A stretch of 32,000 nucleotides of DNA. Origin: Desulfobulbus propionicus DSM 2032 (GTDB lineage: Bacteria > Desulfobacterota > Desulfobulbia > Desulfobulbales > Desulfobulbaceae). Below the pieces are notes generated by a model. That model was not told where the DNA came from. It did not search any database and saw only the letters and a program-made list of their open reading frames with translations. Of the stretch, positions 17,117 through 24,361 are shown piece after piece. Position 1 is the first letter of the stretch. Every line of letters begins with the position of its first letter. Made by a program: the position numbers and the translations under genes. The stretch spans positions 2,580,001 to 2,612,000 of the forward strand of contig NC_014972.1 in assembly GCF_000186885.1 (NCBI RefSeq), given 5' to 3'.

Positions 17117-19825
17117 TCAGGCGGCGACCGTGGTTCGGAGGCAGCGGCAGACGCCCTCCACCAACCGTTCCCGGTCCAGTTTGATGTGGTATTCTTCGAC
17201 CCCGGCAGCCTTGCCCCGGGCAATGTCCTCCTCGGCGGCCAGGGTGGTCAGGGCGATAACCGGCAGATGAGCAAAGCGCGAGGAATGTTTGATCCTTTGG
17301 GTCAACTCGAAGCCGTCCAGGTTGGGCATCTCGATATCGGTGACCACCAGGCCGATGGTCTCGTGGTTGCTCTCCAGCACCTGCCAGGCATCGAGGCCAT
17401 CGACCGCCTCCACGACCGGGAAGCCGGCCTGCTCCAGATAGCTGCGCACCAGGTTGCGGAAGAACTCGGAATCGTCGACGATGAGCACCTGGTCCACATC
17501 CTCGCCGCCGCAGGCAGCCGCATCCCCGAACCAATCGGGATGGAGTGTTTCCACCAGCTCGAAGATGTCGACCAGCATGGTGGTGGTGCCACCGATGATG
17601 GCCGAACCCATGATGCCGGTCTGTCGGAGGGTGACCGCGTCAATCTCGGCCGAGACCTCGATGGCATCCACCGGACCGCTGGCCAGTAGACCGATGTCCT
17701 TGCCCTTGAGACGAAAGACGATGACCAGCAGATTGTCTTGGTCGGCCAGGGGCAGCACCGTGGCCACCTCGTCGACACTGAGCAGTGGCAGGCTGCCGCC
17801 CCGGTACTGCATCACCCGGCGGCTGCCGATGGCTTCGATTTGGGAGCGGTTGATTTTTTCGACTCGTTCCACCAGGCTCAAGGGCACGGCGAACTGTTCT
17901 TCCTGGGCGCTGCGGAAGGTGAGCAGGGCCTGCCGGTCTTGGCGCTTGAGCAGGGTTTCCCGCGCCAGTTCGCCGGACCTCCGCGAGCCCTCCAGCGAGG
18001 TCAGCCGGGCCATGCGGGCCAGGTCGGCGATGTCGAGGATCAAGGCGATGCGGCCGTCGCCCATGATGGTGGCTCCGGCATAACCTTGGCAGCCCTGGAG
18101 ATGGCGACCGAGCGGCTTGATGACGATCTCTTCCGAGTCGAGCAGGCGGTCGACGATGAGGCCGTAGCGGAACGCCCCGGTGGTGACCACCACGATGTTG
18201 AGGGCGCTGGACGGGCTCTGCCGTCGGTCCGTGCCCCGTGGCTCCGGTGTCGTTTCAGGCTCACGGACGACTATTGCAGCGGGGTCGAACAGTGGCGAGG
18301 TCCGCGAGCGGCGGTCGGCGATGTTGTGGCGGCGGTCGCTGCGGGTGGTGCCGGTTTCCTCGTCGTAATAGGTCCGCTCGATTCCGAGGGTATCGGACAA
18401 GCGGATCAGCGGCAGCAGGGTGCCCCGGAGGCGGACGACCTCGGCGTCGCCCACCCGCTCGATCCGCTCCTTGATCTGCGCAGCGGGGATGCGCAGCAGT
18501 TCTTCCAGGTTGGCTTGGGGGATGGCGTAGCGCTCCTCTCCGGTCATGATGATCTGGCTGGGGATGATGGCCAGGGTCAACGGCAGCTTGATGGCGATGC
18601 GGGTGCCTTGGCCGACCACCGAGTCGATCTCCAGAGTCCCGCCCAGTTGGTCGAGGTTGGTCTTGACCACATCCATGCCCACACCGCGGCCGGACACGTC
18701 GGTGACCAGAGCAGCGGTGGAGAAGCCCGGCAGAAGGATGAGGTTGAGCTTCTCCTTGGCCGACATCAGTTTGGCCTGGTCGGCGGAGATCAGCCCCTTG
18801 GCCATTGCCGTGGCCGCCAGCTGTTCACCGTCGAGGCCCCGGCCGTCGTCCTTGATCTCGATCACCACCTGGCCGGCGGCATGATAGGCCTTGAGCAACA
18901 GGGTGCCGTGGCTTGGCTTGCCCAATCCCTGGCGTTCCCCAGGGGATTCGATGCCGTGGTCGATGCTGTTGCGCACCAGGTGGGTGAGCGGGTCGCTGAT
19001 CGCCTCGATGATGGTCTTGTCGAGTTCCACCTCTTTACCGACCAGGTGGAGCTCCACCTCTTTGCCCAGCTTCTTGGCCAGATCCCGCACCACCCGTGGA
19101 AATTTGCCCAGGACGTTGCCAATAGGCTGCATCCGGGTGAGCATGATCGCCCCTTGCAGCTCGGAGGTCACCAGGTCAATACGCTGACCCACCGCCTCGG
19201 CCTCGGGCGCCGCACCGGAGCCGATGGTTTGCAGCAGTTGGTTGCGCGACAGCACCAGTTCGCCCGCCAAGGTCATCAACTGGTCGAGCAGGCTCACCGA
19301 CACCCGGATACTGGTCTCCGTTTTGCTGGTGGCCATGCCATCGTCTGGCGGCGGAATGTCGCCCTCCGTGGAGAGAGGGGCCATTGCCTCCGGGGCAGCC
19401 GGCCGCACCTCGGGGGGGGAGGTGGCGGCCGGCTGATCCCCGGCGGCAATGGCATTCAAGATGGCGACAGGGGCGCTGATATCGATTTCGTTGCTGCAGG
19501 AGATATTGGCCAGGTGCTGCTTGAGCCTGTCCGTGGCCAGCAGCAGTCCGTTGATCACCTCCTGGGTGGGCGTCAACTTGCGGGTACGCATCAAACCAAG
19601 CACGTTCTCCGCTGCATGGGCCAAATCCTGGAGTACATGTAGACCCATGAAACCGGCGCCCCCCTTGATGGAATGGATCGCCCGGAACACCTTGTTGACC
19701 CGTTCCTCGTTATTCACTGCCCCTCCCTGTTCGATGGCGAGCAGGTCGCCCTCGATATCGGCCAGATGTTCAACCGACTCTTCGATGAACGCGCCGAGGA
19801 GTTCGTTGTCTTCGTTACTGCTCAT
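17117..19825 (-). CDS. cheA: CheA-type histidine kinase with Hpt, dimerisation and HATPase domains, two CheW-like domains and a C-terminal receiver (CheA-CheW-CheW-REC hybrid)
   Basis: 902 aa with an AAGGAA SD. The Hpt motif is FRAIHSIKGGAGFMG. Kinase boxes are HLVRNSIDHGIE, IKDDGRGLD and GRGVGMDVV. The first CheW-like region ends ...ATIMGDGRIALILDI. A second CheW-like region runs ALLTFRSAQEEQFAVPL...GGTTTMLVDI. The receiver is VLIVDDSEFF...VVTDIEMPNLDG...ALTTLA...K. Confidence 0.93.
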   Translation of the reverse strand: MSSNEDNELLGAFIEESVEHLADIEGDLLAIEQGGAVNNEERVNKVFRAIHSIKGGAGFMGLHVLQDLAHAAENVLGLMRTRKLTPTQEVINGLLLATDRLKQHLANISCSNEIDISAPVAILNAIAAGDQPAATSPPEVRPAAPEAMAPLSTEGDIPPPDDGMATSKTETSIRVSVSLLDQLMTLAGELVLSRNQLLQTIGSGAAPEAEAVGQRIDLVTSELQGAIMLTRMQPIGNVLGKFPRVVRDLAKKLGKEVELHLVGKEVELDKTIIEAISDPLTHLVRNSIDHGIESPGERQGLGKPSHGTLLLKAYHAAGQVVIEIKDDGRGLDGEQLAATAMAKGLISADQAKLMSAKEKLNLILLPGFSTAALVTDVSGRGVGMDVVKTNLDQLGGTLEIDSVVGQGTRIAIKLPLTLAIIPSQIIMTGEERYAIPQANLEELLRIPAAQIKERIERVGDAEVVRLRGTLLPLIRLSDTLGIERTYYDEETGTTRSDRRHNIADRRSRTSPLFDPAAIVVREPETTPEPRGTDRRQSPSSALNIVVVTTGAFRYGLIVDRLLDSEEIVIKPLGRHLQGCQGYAGATIMGDGRIALILDIADLARMARLTSLEGSRRSGELARETLLKRQDRQALLTFRSAQEEQFAVPLSLVERVEKINRSQIEAIGSRRVMQYRGGSLPLLSVDEVATVLPLADQDNLLVIVFRLKGKDIGLLASGPVDAIEVSAEIDAVTLRQTGIMGSAIIGGTTTMLVDIFELVETLHPDWFGDAAACGGEDVDQVLIVDDSEFFRNLVRSYLEQAGFPVVEAVDGLDAWQVLESNHETIGLVVTDIEMPNLDGFELTQRIKHSSRFAHLPVIALTTLAAEEDIARGKAAGVEEYHIKLDRERLVEGVCRCLRTTVAA

Positions 19826-20140
19826 GCCTGTTTCCTTGCTAAAAGCACTCTGTTGAGCCGGACTCGGTCACGGCGTCTTTAATTTCTGTACCCAAAACAT
19901 TGCAGCCAGGATTGACCCGAGCGAACTTCTCAAAGCTCAGGTCGGTAATCGGTCGGCAAGCCATGCGCTGCGCATGGCTGACCTACTTGGGGCGATTCAG
20001 GAAAATGGGGCCAGGCCTGTTGCAATTGCGTGCTGCAAAGCGAGATCCATACCATTTTGGTGGTATTTTATTTTTGCTACTATATTGAATAGTTACAGGG
20101 TTTGGAGCGGGCGGGTGCGGTGCAGAAGAACGGGAATTCT

Positions 20141-20167
20141 AGAAAAACTGGACAGGTGGTGGTCCAG
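20141..20167 (-). terminator. Rho-independent terminator of the sigma-54 regulator gene
   Basis: The minus strand reads ACTGGAC-CACCACCT-GTCCAGT followed by TTTTCT: a 7-bp stem with an 8-nt loop, 55 nt after the stop at 20222. Confidence 0.55.
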
Positions 20168-20221
20168 TAGTCCAGAAACAGGAGACGTGGCAAGCGGAAC
20201 GCAGGGAAGAGTGTGGGCAAT

Positions 20222-21691
20222 TTATTTGGTGGTCGGATCGGGATCGGAAAGGCGTTCCGGTGTGCGTGCACCGGGCATCGTCGCAACGGAGAGGGAGTGC
20301 AACTTCAGGAGATTGTACAGGTGGGAGCGGCTGAATTGGGCCATGGCGCAGGCGGTGCTGATGTCACCCTCAGCTTCCTGCAACAGGCTTTGCAGGTAAT
20401 GCTTTTCTATGAAGTCAAGCTGCTGGCGGCGGTATTCCTTGTATGGAAGGATCGTCCCTCTTGGCGAATGCGGGGGCGGCGGTTGAAAGTGATTGTGGGG
20501 TTCGTGCCTGCTTTCCACCATGGATCGAATGTGATGCAGCCGAATTTCCGGAGGGAGGTGAACGGGGTAGATCGCTGGATTGGAGGGATCGGAAAGGATC
20601 GCTTTTTCGAGCACATTGCGAAGATCGCGAATGTTGCCAGGCCAGGGATAGGCCTTCAGGATTTCCAGGGTTTCGGGAAGGATGCCTTTGATCGAAAAAT
20701 GGTGGTGCCGACAAATTGCCAGGACAAAACTCACCGCGAGTTTTTCGATATCTGCCTCTCGTTCCCGGAGCGGCGGCAAATGGATGGTAAAGGCAGAGAG
20801 GCGAAAGTAAAGATCCTGGCGGAACTGCCCTTGTTGCACCATTGCCTCAAGGTTCCGGTTGGTGGCGGCAATGAGTCTGAAATCGCTTTTCTGTTCACGA
20901 ACCTTGCCCACCGGTCTGAATGTTCGTTCCTGGAGGACACGAAGCAGACTTTTTTGCAAATCGAGAGAGAGTTCGCCGATTTCATCAAGAAAAAGCGTGC
21001 CGCCATCTGCCTGTTCAATCAGGCCTTGCCGATCACTGTCGGCGCCGGTGAACGCACCTTTGGCATGACCAAAGAGGAGGCTGGCCACTAACTGGTCGGG
21101 CAGGTTGGTACAGTCGACCACCACAAAAGGTTGATGTGCGCGGGCACTGTTGGTGTGGATGGCGTGGGCAAACAACTCCTTGCCCGTGCCGGTTTCACCG
21201 GTAATCAAAACCCCGGTATCGGTGTTCGAGCACTGGGCGACTTGGTTGAGGCAAGAGAGAATGCTTGCACTTGTGCCGATGATTTCATCGCGATTGAGGA
21301 TGACCTTGTTGGCGCATTGTCGCTTTTTGTCGTGGTATTCCAGGGCACGTTTGATTTGCAGGATGATTTCTTGTCGGTTCAGCGGTTTTTGCAGATAATT
21401 CCAGGCACCATTTTTGATGGCCAGCTCCGCACCGTTGGCGTCTCCCATGCCGGTAACAATGATGACCTCCGGTGGCGAGGGTAACCTGTTCATAGAGGGC
21501 AGGACATCGAGGCCATTGCCATCAGGCAGTCGGACATCCAGAAAAACGAGATCTATTGGCTGTGCGGCAAGTTGCGCTTTCCCTTCCTCGATGCTTGCCG
21601 CGCCAATCGCCTCGAAACCAAGCACGGAGCAGTTTTCTAAAAGAAGATCGCGAAAAAGGGGATCGTCATCAATAACTAGGATATGTGCCAC
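20222..21691 (-). CDS. Sigma-54-dependent response regulator (REC + AAA+ sigma-54 activator + Fis-type HTH; NtrC family)
   Basis: 489 aa with a GTG start at 21691. The REC domain is complete (ILVIDDD, phospho-acceptor in VFLDVRLPDG, IIVTG, YLQKP). The AAA+ motifs are GETGTGKELFAHAIH, the GAFTGA loop and GTLFLDEIGEL. The C-terminal HTH is SRSHLYNLLK. Confidence 0.93.
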   Translation of the reverse strand: MAHILVIDDDPLFRDLLLENCSVLGFEAIGAASIEEGKAQLAAQPIDLVFLDVRLPDGNGLDVLPSMNRLPSPPEVIIVTGMGDANGAELAIKNGAWNYLQKPLNRQEIILQIKRALEYHDKKRQCANKVILNRDEIIGTSASILSCLNQVAQCSNTDTGVLITGETGTGKELFAHAIHTNSARAHQPFVVVDCTNLPDQLVASLLFGHAKGAFTGADSDRQGLIEQADGGTLFLDEIGELSLDLQKSLLRVLQERTFRPVGKVREQKSDFRLIAATNRNLEAMVQQGQFRQDLYFRLSAFTIHLPPLREREADIEKLAVSFVLAICRHHHFSIKGILPETLEILKAYPWPGNIRDLRNVLEKAILSDPSNPAIYPVHLPPEIRLHHIRSMVESRHEPHNHFQPPPPHSPRGTILPYKEYRRQQLDFIEKHYLQSLLQEAEGDISTACAMAQFSRSHLYNLLKLHSLSVATMPGARTPERLSDPDPTTK

Positions 21692-21698
21692 TTATGAC

Positions 21699-21714
21699 CT
21701 CAAGTTTCGGGGTT
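21699..21714. repeat. IS left terminal inverted repeat (CTCAAGTTTCGGGGTT)
   Basis: The reverse complement of 23231-23246 is CTCAAGTTTCGGAGTT, a 15/16 match. Confidence 0.8.
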
Positions 21715-21841
21715 GGCACCGCCAAAGAAAAATCGGCTGCCAACCTCCTGAAATAGTGTCGTTTTAACGTGAAAAGCCTTTTGCTTTCTGATACATTGGA
21801 TTTGCGAAAATACCTAATGATATCAAAAAGAAAAGGCTCAG

Positions 21842-23227
21842 ATGAACCATACCCAATACTATCAGGAGCAACAAGAGGCAAAACGACTGCATGACCGGAT
21901 TTCTTCCTTTCTGGACGATTTCAAGGTTGGCACCCTGCTGGGTGGCAGCGGCATCCGCAAATTGCGAGGGGCAAAACCGCTGGCGGTGTTCGCCGCCATC
22001 TTCTCCTTGCCGTTTAGCGGGGTCAATTTCTCTCGCGGGATCGTGAACAACCCGGAACTGAGATTCCAGAAGGATGCCGCCTACGAGTTCTTGAAGAATC
22101 CCCGGTATAACTGGCGGAAATTTCTGCTGGGATTGGTAACCGTGGTGGTTCGGTTCATGGACGTACTGACCAGCGAGCAACGTGAGAAGGTGCTGATCAT
22201 CGATGACAGCACCTATGACCGGTCCCGCTCCAAAGTGGTCGAATTGCTCGCCTGGGTGCATGACCACAACGCCAACCGCAGCTTGAAAGGGTTCAAGCTC
22301 ATGACCCTGGGCTGGTCGGATGGAGTAAGTTTCCTGCCGCTCGATTTCATTCTCTGTTCCTCGGCCAAGGCGAGCAAGCGATTGCAGGGGATCAGAAAAG
22401 AGGTGGATAAGCGCTGCTGCGGCTACAAACGCAGAATGGAGGCCATGGCCAAATCCACCGAGCACCTGGAATCCATGGTGAAACGGGCGCTGGCACTGGG
22501 TATCCGGGCCGACTACCTCCTGATGGACAGTTGGTTTGCTTTCCCAGCCCTCCTCGCCACCTTGGGCAAGCATCTGCCGGTGATCTGCATGGGCAAGGAT
22601 ATGCCGAAGGTTTTTTACCGGCATCAAGGGCAATGGCTGACGTTGGGCAGGTTGTTTGCCGCATTGAAAAAGCGGCCGGGTAAGGCCAGGATTCTGGCTA
22701 GTGTGGCGGTGGAAGCCAAAAAGGAACAGAAGGTCAGGATCGTGTTTGTCCGTCATCGTCATAAACGCCAGTGGCTGGCCATCCTCTCCACCAAGGTCGA
22801 CCTTGCGGATGAGGAAATCGTCCGCATCTACGGCAAACGGTGGGATATCGAGGTATTTTTCAAGATGATGAAACATTACCTCAACCTCGAGCGGGAGACC
22901 CAACTGCGGGATTTCGACGGTATCATCGGCCATGTTACCATTGTCATGAGTCGCTATGTTTTCCTGGCTTTTGAGCAACGCTGCCATGACGATCCCCGCA
23001 CCCTTGGCTCGCTCTTTTACGCCTGCAGCGAAGAGCAGCAGGACCTGAGCTTGGTTGAGGCCATGCAGCGGCTGCTCAGCCTGGCCTTAGACAAAGCCAG
23101 GGCTGCCGGCATCATCGCCGAAGATGCAGTGCTTGCCATTGTTGATGCAGTCATGGGCTTTGCCGTTGATATACTGCAAACGGGAAAGAGATTGGCGCAC
23201 AGTACAAACCTAATAACGGCGAGTTAG
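21842..23227 (+). CDS. IS4-family DDE transposase (DDE_Tnp_1)
   Basis: 461 aa. The catalytic triad context is LIIDDSTYDR, YLLMDSWF and YGKRWDIEVFFKMMKHYL, which is the Y-x2-R-x3-E-x6-K signature of IS4-type transposases. Confidence 0.9.
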   Translation: MNHTQYYQEQQEAKRLHDRISSFLDDFKVGTLLGGSGIRKLRGAKPLAVFAAIFSLPFSGVNFSRGIVNNPELRFQKDAAYEFLKNPRYNWRKFLLGLVTVVVRFMDVLTSEQREKVLIIDDSTYDRSRSKVVELLAWVHDHNANRSLKGFKLMTLGWSDGVSFLPLDFILCSSAKASKRLQGIRKEVDKRCCGYKRRMEAMAKSTEHLESMVKRALALGIRADYLLMDSWFAFPALLATLGKHLPVICMGKDMPKVFYRHQGQWLTLGRLFAALKKRPGKARILASVAVEAKKEQKVRIVFVRHRHKRQWLAILSTKVDLADEEIVRIYGKRWDIEVFFKMMKHYLNLERETQLRDFDGIIGHVTIVMSRYVFLAFEQRCHDDPRTLGSLFYACSEEQQDLSLVEAMQRLLSLALDKARAAGIIAEDAVLAIVDAVMGFAVDILQTGKRLAHSTNLITAS

Positions 23228-23230
23228 AGT

Positions 23231-23246
23231 AACTCCGAAACTTGAG
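23231..23246. repeat. IS right terminal inverted repeat (AACTCCGAAACTTGAG)
   Basis: Partner of 21699-21714. Confidence 0.8.
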
Positions 23247-23248
23247 TG

Positions 23249-23273
23249 AAAAAGTTGTACAGGGTTTGTACAA
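23249..23273 (-). terminator. Second, AT-rich hairpin plus T-run downstream of tRNA-Gln, abutting the IS right end
   Basis: The minus strand reads TTGTACA-AACCC-TGTACAA followed by CTTTTTCA: a 7-bp stem built from two TGTACA palindromes. It ends 2 nt from the IS terminus. Confidence 0.35.
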
Positions 23274-23286
23274 AATGCGCCAGAAA

Positions 23287-23320
23287 CAAAAAAAGCACTT
23301 ACCGATTTCTCGATAAGTGC
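23287..23320 (-). terminator. Rho-independent terminator of tRNA-Gln
   Basis: The minus strand reads GCACTTATCGAGAAATCGGTAAGTGC (a 10-bp stem with one mismatch and a 4-nt loop) followed by TTTTTTTG. It lies 11 nt after the tRNA 3' end. Confidence 0.6.
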
Positions 23321-23331
23321 TTGAATTTACT

Positions 23332-23405
23332 TGGCTGGGGGACAGGGATTCGAACCCCGATAAGCGGAGTCAGAGTCCGCTGTCTTGCCGTTAGACCATC
23401 CCCCA
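23332..23405 (-). tRNA. tRNA-Gln (anticodon CTG), CCA encoded
   Basis: Hand-folded 74-nt cloverleaf. Acceptor TGGGGGA/TCCCCCA. D-arm GTCT-AACGGCA-AGAC. Anticodon arm GCGGA-CTCTGAC-TCCGC (anticodon CTG). Variable loop TTAT. T-arm CGGGG-TTCGAAT-CCCTG. Discriminator G, then CCA. Confidence 0.9.
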
Positions 23406-23426
23406 GCAGGCGGGAAAGTGGGACAG

Positions 23427-23455
23427 AAAATAGAAGAATTCGCCCTGGTTGTCAA
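23427..23455 (-). promoter_or_regulatory. Sigma-70 promoter for tRNA-Gln (TTGACA-N17-TATTTT)
   Basis: On the minus strand, TTGACA lies at 23455-23450, followed by a 17-nt spacer and TATTTT at 23432-23427. The -10 element ends 21 nt upstream of the mature tRNA 5' end. Confidence 0.5.
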
Positions 23456-23512
23456 GAAAAAATCCGTGTTTCCATCCTTGCGAATTTCCTGCCGCGAAGA
23501 ACAACGCCCGCC

Positions 23513-24319
23513 TTAGGAGATGATCAACCCGGCATAGCCGACCACCTGAGAGGTATCGCCACTGGCCTCTCCGGAGTCGGTGTAGCGGATCAGGTCAGCC
23601 GTGGTGGCGCCCAGTTCCTGGGCGGCCAGCAGGGCGATGGTTGCCGGGATGACGCCGCACATCGAGATGTGCTGACCGAGCACTGTCGCGTACAGGCCTT
23701 GGGGGTCCATGGCCAGGATGCGGTCGATCGCCAACCGATCCTTTTTGCTCGCCTGTTGGCGCGATTCATAGTGGCTCATGTCGCTTGAGGCAACCATCAG
23801 CACCGAACGCCTGAGACTGCCGATGGCCACCGCCAGTTCCCGGGCCACAGTTTGGCAGAGGTCGAAGGGAATCATCGACACCACAAGGGGAACAATGGCG
23901 AGGTTCGGCTGCACCTGCTGAAGGAAAGGCACCTGCACTTCGAGGGAGTGTTCATACTGGTGCGCCTCCTGATCTTCGCGGATGATTGACGAGGACTGGA
24001 GGATGGCCGTTGCCAGCTGCCGGTCGATCGGCACCGTGCCCAGGGGCATGCGCCATTCTTCGGTGCCGAGCGCCAGGGCCTGCCCACGGCCGTGATGGTT
24101 GGGCCCCATGATCAGCACCGTCTCGGGCACCCGGACCCGGCTGATGGTCGCGCCGGCGGTCGCGCCGGAGTAAACATACCCGGCATGGGGCATGACCACC
24201 GCCAGGGCATCGCGCTTGCGTTCCTCGGCCACCACCGGAACGAGCATGTCCATGGCGGCCCGTAACTGGTCAGGATTTCCGGGATAAAAACGATCGGCAA
24301 CAGCGGGCATCCGTGTCAT
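23513..24319 (-). CDS. AmmeMemoRadiSam system protein B (MEMO1-family)
   Basis: 268 aa. AVADRFYPGNPDQL, VMPHAGYVYSGATAG and SSDMSHYE are the Memo-family motifs. Confidence 0.85.
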   Translation of the reverse strand: MTRMPAVADRFYPGNPDQLRAAMDMLVPVVAEERKRDALAVVMPHAGYVYSGATAGATISRVRVPETVLIMGPNHHGRGQALALGTEEWRMPLGTVPIDRQLATAILQSSSIIREDQEAHQYEHSLEVQVPFLQQVQPNLAIVPLVVSMIPFDLCQTVARELAVAIGSLRRSVLMVASSDMSHYESRQQASKKDRLAIDRILAMDPQGLYATVLGQHISMCGVIPATIALLAAQELGATTADLIRYTDSGEASGDTSQVVGYAGLIIS

Positions 24320-24361
24320 GGCTTCCTCCCTTGTCCTTTGCTCCGGCGGGAAGCCGGCAGC

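Larger units (their letters stand above)
21699..23246 (+). mobile_element. IS4-family insertion sequence (1548 bp), apparently intact
   Basis: It carries a single DDE transposase ORF flanked by terminal inverted repeats that match at 15 of 16 positions. GC content is visibly lower than in the flanks. I see no convincing target-site duplication (at most TGA). Confidence 0.85.

Noticed and set aside
20049-20076. Plus-strand terminator-like element (ATACCA-TTTTGG-TGGTAT followed by TTTATTTTT) that could mark a small RNA antisense to the cheA promoter region.
   Set aside because: The stem is only 6 bp and AT-rich, there is no upstream plus-strand promoter or conserved ORF, and the A/T run is equally explained as promoter-region curvature.
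21764-22987. 407-aa ORF antisense to the IS4 transposase.
   Set aside because: It has no recognisable domain or SD and extends across the IS promoter region. The sense strand carries the complete DDE/YREK signature. It is most likely a shadow ORF, although antisense ORFs in IS elements are occasionally real.
21699-23405. tRNA-Gln plus IS as the edge of an integrated genomic island covering the che/kinase block.
   Set aside because: There is no integrase. I could not find a direct repeat of the tRNA 3' end elsewhere in the window, and I saw no compositional shift in the che block. Only the IS itself looks foreign.
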